NCBI RefSeq assembly: GCF_009914755.1
Contig: NC_060936.1
DNA: 64,000 nucleotides
Strand: one strand, 5' to 3'
DNA from: the human T2T-CHM13v2.0 reference genome, Homo sapiens
This document shows positions 58,405-64,000 of this stretch, piece by piece (the first letter of the stretch is position 1; every line of letters starts with the position of its first letter). Position numbers and translations under genes: made by a program. The notes under the pieces are model-generated. The model was given only the letters and a program-made list of their open reading frames with translations. It ran no database searches and had not been told where the DNA came from.

Positions 58405-60109
58405 TCAAAAAATGAGCTTTCCTCTCACTGTGCGTTTGTGTGCTGTCACAGTGGGCTCTAAGGGCTGACTGCTCTGCTTGGAGGCCCCGCTCTGCCGTTT
58501 CCTCAGGATGGAGCTTTGAGCAGATGACTAACTTCTCTCTGCCTCAGTTTCCTCATCTGTAAAATGGGACTAAAAACAGGAGCTGGTTCATAGTATAGCG
58601 CACGTGTCCAAAGTGCGTACGAACGTGCTTGCACAATCCAGCTACTCAGTAAATGTCAGCATTTGCCATAGTTCTTACCCACCTTACATTGAGGGTCTTT
58701 CTGCTGTGGGCGCCACGGCATCTCCTGCCCACGGATGCTGGTCCAGACATGGCTCACCACGTTGTAAAGTGTCTGTGAGGACATCTGGGGAAACCCTCCC
58801 AGTCGGTAGTATCAGAGCCTGTGTTCCTCCTGAGCCGTGTTTTGGTTTTTCATCGTGTTGACCTGTGAATGGAGCATTTGGTTTTGTTTTTCACATTCTA
58901 TTGGGTGCTGGAAAGTTTTAAGTCAGATTTGAAGCTCAACTTAACGGAACTTTGGCCTCGTTGACGAGATGCATATTTGCGTTCTTTTTGAACTTTTTGT
59001 TTCTGTTTTTTTTTGGTTTCTCTTGTTTATGATTTTTAAGAATTGTATTTTATCATTATTTTATTGAAGCTTTGTACAATGGCATAGATACCACAGATAA
59101 ATGCAGGGGCGTTCAGTGGGCACAGGTGCTATGGACAGAAAGATCAAGGAAGGGCAGCTACCTTTCTTTACTACCTGCCGCATACCTGAGAGTGTGCTTT
59201 CCTTACTTAGTGTTTCTTAATTCTCACAACAGCCCCAGGAGGTAGGTGTGTCATCCCCTGTTACTGGTGATAACTGGTGGCTCAGGGCAGTCCTGGTCAC
59301 TCAGCGGTCTGTAGGGCCAGGCTGTTAACCTAGGTCAGCCTGGCTCCAGCCCAGGACTTCTGATGTGGCTCTGCCTGTGGCCGCCACCTTTCTCGGCATT
59401 TCAAGAGGTTCATCCTGTTGATGGTGTGTAGATAATACAGCTTTGTGCCTGAGTAGCACACAGAGCTCTAGGAACCTGTTTTTGGTGAGGGGCGACCATA
59501 CAGAGTGATAAGCTTGGACAGCACAGTGTCCCGTCCAAACCCTGGGAAGCCATGCAGACTGCCGTGGCTGTGTAAGCCTGAGTGGATTTTGCTTTTGATT
59601 TAGCTTTAAGTAACTATAAATCTTCGTTTTTCTAAGGAAGTGTTTTTGGTTTTGTTCTGAATTCTCTTCCACGATTTTCTGTGTGTGGAGGTAAATCCAC
59701 TTGCTGATTCACACTCATAGTCCTCAGACGGTCTTTATAATCATCAAAGAACAGGAAAACAGAACCAAGAATATACAAAATATTCTGCTTGTGCTTATAC
59801 TTTCTCATTTACAGTGTTTACAGAAAATGATTAGTTGGAGTTTGACTCTCTTTAGAATTTTTGTAAAGTTTCCTTGCTGGTCTAAAACAAAATAATACTT
59901 TACCACAGGGTCATTAATGTTATTCATCAGTTCTAGAATTCAGCTATGAGTTTAGGAAAAGAAAACCCGCTGGCAAGTGTAGCTGGCTGGCATTTATTGA
60001 ATGTTCCTCGCGTGGAGACATTGTTCGATCTTTCCTGATTTCATCGTGTGCTGCTGACCCTGCAGGCAGGCCTTCACGTTTTAATCGGGTTTCTCACCTT
60101 CTGCACTAA

Positions 60110-60337
<228 letters not shown>

Positions 60338-60375
60338 TAAAAGCCAAAGCTCCCTTTATTTAAAACATTGATGTT

Positions 60376-60755
<380 letters not shown>

Positions 60756-61286
60756 TTAACTCAGTCCTTCAGTTCAGATGGGCACAATTTAAATGCCTTT
60801 TTCCATATTCGTCTTAATTTCTTCTTTAAGATTTTCTTTTTTCTTTTCTTTTCTTTCTTTCTTTCTTTTTTTTTTTTTTTTGAGACTGGAGTCTTCGTCT
60901 GTTGCCCAGGCTGGAGTGCAGTGGCACTATCTCAGCTTACTGCAACCTCTGCCTTCCGGGTTCAAGCAATTCTCTTGCCTCAGCCCTCAAATAGGGGGAC
61001 TACAGGCGCCCGCCACCACGCCCTGCTAATTTTTGTATTTTTTGTAAAAGACGGGGTTTTGCCATGTTGCACAGGCTGGTCTTGAACTCCTGACCTCAGG
61101 TGATTCACCTGCCTCGGCTTCCCAAAGTGCTGTGATTACAGGTGTGAGCCACTGTGCCTAGCCTAAAGAACTTTTTTATTCTCAAAGAGCTGAATCATTA
61201 AGAGAAACAAAGAAACTATACAAGTTTGGTTTTGTCACAACCTTGTGGTTTTACAGGCACTGACTCTGTGCTCTTTTGGTTGTTAG

Positions 61287-61427
<141 letters not shown>

Positions 61428-62025
61428 TGATAAACTTAGATAAGTAACCAAGCTTCCATAGAGATAATCATGTTAAGATAATATTTAATCATCTTAAAAA
61501 ATGGTTAAGAAAATGGGACTTCCAGCCTCCACAACTATGAGAAACCAGCGCTTTCCAAATGCTGTTTGATGATAGAGTTGGTGGCATTATATGAGTTCGG
61601 GTCATTTTGTCCTTTCACTTCGCCAGTGGGATTTCTGCTGTTATATTAAGAGTTATGATTGGAGTGACTTAAGGTGCCATGAACATTGCTTTCAGAAGCT
61701 TCTTGGGTCAGTCAGAACTTTTCCATAGTTGCAAGAAATAGAGACCCAGTTTTTTCTGATTGCGAAGGGATTTTACTGGCTCATGGCAGGACAGAGGTAG
61801 AGTTGGTTTCAGGATAATTACAGTTTTGGGGTCTCCAATTCCAAGAGGCCTTGGTTGGCTTTTTTTCTTTGTAAGTTTTCTTTATATTGTGAAGTCAGTT
61901 GGCCCCATGATGCTAGAACCATGGTCACAAGTTGCCCTGGGCTTATTTTTTCAGTCTTTCCATTAGAGAGCAAAGCGCCCTTACCAGCTTGTTACTATTA
62001 GGAAAGAATCCCCAAATACCTGCCA

Positions 62026-62246
62026 TCCCTGGACCAGTGACTGCTGCCTCAGTCCCCTTTACGAGTGACCGCTGCCTCAGTCCCCTTCACCAGTGACTGC
62101 TGCCTGAGTCCCCTGGACCGGTGTCTGCTCAGTCTCCCTTACCAGTGACCACTGTGTCAGTCCCCTTTACCAGTGACTGCTGCCTTAGTCCCCTTTACCA
62201 ATGACTGCGTTCTCAGTCCCCTGGACCAGTGACTGCTATCTTAGTC
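62026..62246. repeat. ~28-bp minisatellite, about 8 diverged copies (cagtcccctttaccagtgactgctgcct)
   Basis: Direct reading of the tandem units. Confidence 0.9.
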
Positions 62247-62590
62247 CGCTGGGGCTGCCATAACAAAATACCACGGACTGGGTGGCTTCAACAAGAGACT
62301 TGTTTCTCACAGCCCCGGAGGCTGGCAGGCCCGGACTGAGATGCTGGCAGGCTGCTTTCCCCTGAGGCCTCCCTGCTCAGCTTGCTGTGTCGGCACAGGG
62401 CCTTTCCTCTGTGCCTGCACCCCTGTTTCTCCTGCTCTTCCCAGAAGACAGTAGTCACAGTGGGTCAGGGCCCACCTCCTGACCTCACTCAACCTTGATT
62501 ACCTCCTCAAAGGTTCTGTCTTCAAATACAGTCACATTGCGGTTAGGGCTTCAGCATAAGACTTTTGGGAACATAATTCAGAGCCAGTGT
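62237..62590 (-). mobile_element. MaLR LTR (MLT1A-like)
   Basis: tatcttagtccgctggggctgccataacaaaatacc...ctgggtggctt...ggggaacataattca matches the MLT1A/MST reverse-complement pattern. Confidence 0.8.
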
Positions 62591-63343
62591 GGTTGGGGGT
62601 ACGAGGCTGGACAGGGAAGTAGCGGCTCCCCGCAAAGAACAGAGGTGCAGTCCCAGGAAGACAGCAGAGCATGGCCTCCTTTCTTTTCATGGAAACTTTA
62701 TTTTGGCCATTTAGTGAGGACCAAACAAAATGTCTTATAATCAACATTTTGTAATTATTATGTAATTTCGTGTTTTAATTCGGGACAATTAATAATTAAG
62801 TTCTAGGATCATAGAGAAACAAAAGCAGAGCTGGAAAGCGCATGAGAGTCACCTTGCCTGGTGCTTTGCAGCCCTTTCCCTGTCAGGGGCCCCTTGCATA
62901 GTTTTCCCTGGTTGGCTCTACTTAGAATGCTCACATCTAGTGAATCGCAGTCTACTCTTAGGGTTGGTGAATACCTATTTTATCAGTAGATGTTTCATAA
63001 TTACTGAGACCTGCCCCAGAATCCCATTAGTATAGCAGCTGTGGCCACGGCAGTTCCTCTGGTCTACCTTCTTGGTTTACACAGGGGAGTCTGAGGCGTG
63101 CGGTGGGAGTGGGGCTGATGAAGGTGGGGATTTGGGGTGGTAAAGTCTGGTCATGGAGCTGGGTAGTGGCAGAGTGGTGAACAGAGTGCGTCTGGGGTTT
63201 CTGTTCCTCACACTCTAGCGTGTTCTTACCAGCATCCAGCCGGCAGCTCTTTCATTGTAATCCTTGAAGTGGAACCCACTTGGCATGTAGAAGTACACAT
63301 GTAACATCATGACTCTTAACATATGTTGTGTGATCTCTCTCAG

Positions 63344-63461
63344 TTTAATTTTGGAGAAATATTAATGACCCAAGTAATCCATTCCATCGAGTACTGTCTG
63401 GGATGCATCTCCAACACCGCCTCCTACCTGAGGCTCTGGGCGCTTAGCCTGGCTCACGCAC
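63344..63461 (+). CDS. ATP6V0A2: ATP6V0A2 exon 18 (118 nt; [39 protein letters not shown]); essential Arg755 codon at 63431-63433
   Basis: ctcag|TTTAA ... GCAC|gtaagt; [12 protein letters not shown] motif corresponds to the yeast Vph1p R735 helix. Confidence 0.97.
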
Positions 63462-64000
63462 GTAAGTTCCTGCTTAGACCTGCAGTTCCCAATGCCCTGT
63501 AGTGCCAGCAGACTCAGGGGGCACTGTGGGATATTTTAACTTTGTAACTAATAGTCATAGCACCATCTTTCAGCTGCCACGTGAACTTACACTATTCACT
63601 ACTTAATACACAGCTCTCTTGGCTATTTCTTTTGGCTGAGGAGTGCTGTGGAAAAATCACAGAGGGAGTCTCTCTGAGGCTGGTCTGGCTTCAGAGCCTG
63701 CCCAATTTAAAAAAAAAATCACTGAGACACAAGGGGCTTTGAGAACTGAGACGGCTTGGGAGCCTCTGGTGTAAGCACTTGCTACTGTTGCCATTACTGT
63801 TTCTGTTAGTAGTTATTTCATTCACTGCTGCCTTACCAAGTGTGAATATCTGTTTATTTCAAGCAAGTCCTGCCACAGCACTCATGGGTAGCCTTGATCA
63901 CAGGAGTCCTCCCTTTGCACAATTCCAGTAATGCACACATGTTAGTTTCCACAGTGTAGTTAACACCTGTTCCCCAGCAGCATGGTTCCCATTTCAGTCA

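Noticed and set aside
63505-63527. CTCF-like motif cagactcagggggcactg
   Set aside because: Partial match only; cannot be supported without ChIP data

Overview
Human (primate) genomic DNA, not microbial. The window holds the 3' half of TCTN2 (tectonic-2; exons 9-18, stop at 16579-16581, poly(A) signal at 17237-17242). About 4 kb downstream on the same + strand lie the CpG-island promoter and exons 1-18 of ATP6V0A2 (V-ATPase V0 subunit a2; its last two exons are beyond the window), consistent with 12q24.31. All 28 exons were placed by hand with GT-AG boundaries and continuous reading frames; exon numbers and c. positions follow my recollection of the RefSeq models. Introns are very Alu-rich and also carry old L1, L2, MIR, MaLR and MER82 fragments, a solo ERV LTR nested in an Alu, an antisense RPL27 processed pseudogene, and 39-bp and 28-bp minisatellites. 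Repeat family names and boundaries were recognised by eye and are approximate. I found no CRISPR array, RNA gene or convincing new protein-coding gene, and no demonstrable new biological system. The best leads are testable hypotheses: a stop-free 390-nt exon 7-9 circle, a candidate poison exon in ATP6V0A2 intron 1, a tandem acceptor that would remove the N505 glycosylation sequon, a diverged ~200-bp duplication flanking exon 14, an RPL27 retrocopy with an intron-like leader, an orphan polyadenylated insert, and a GASE motif in the promoter.
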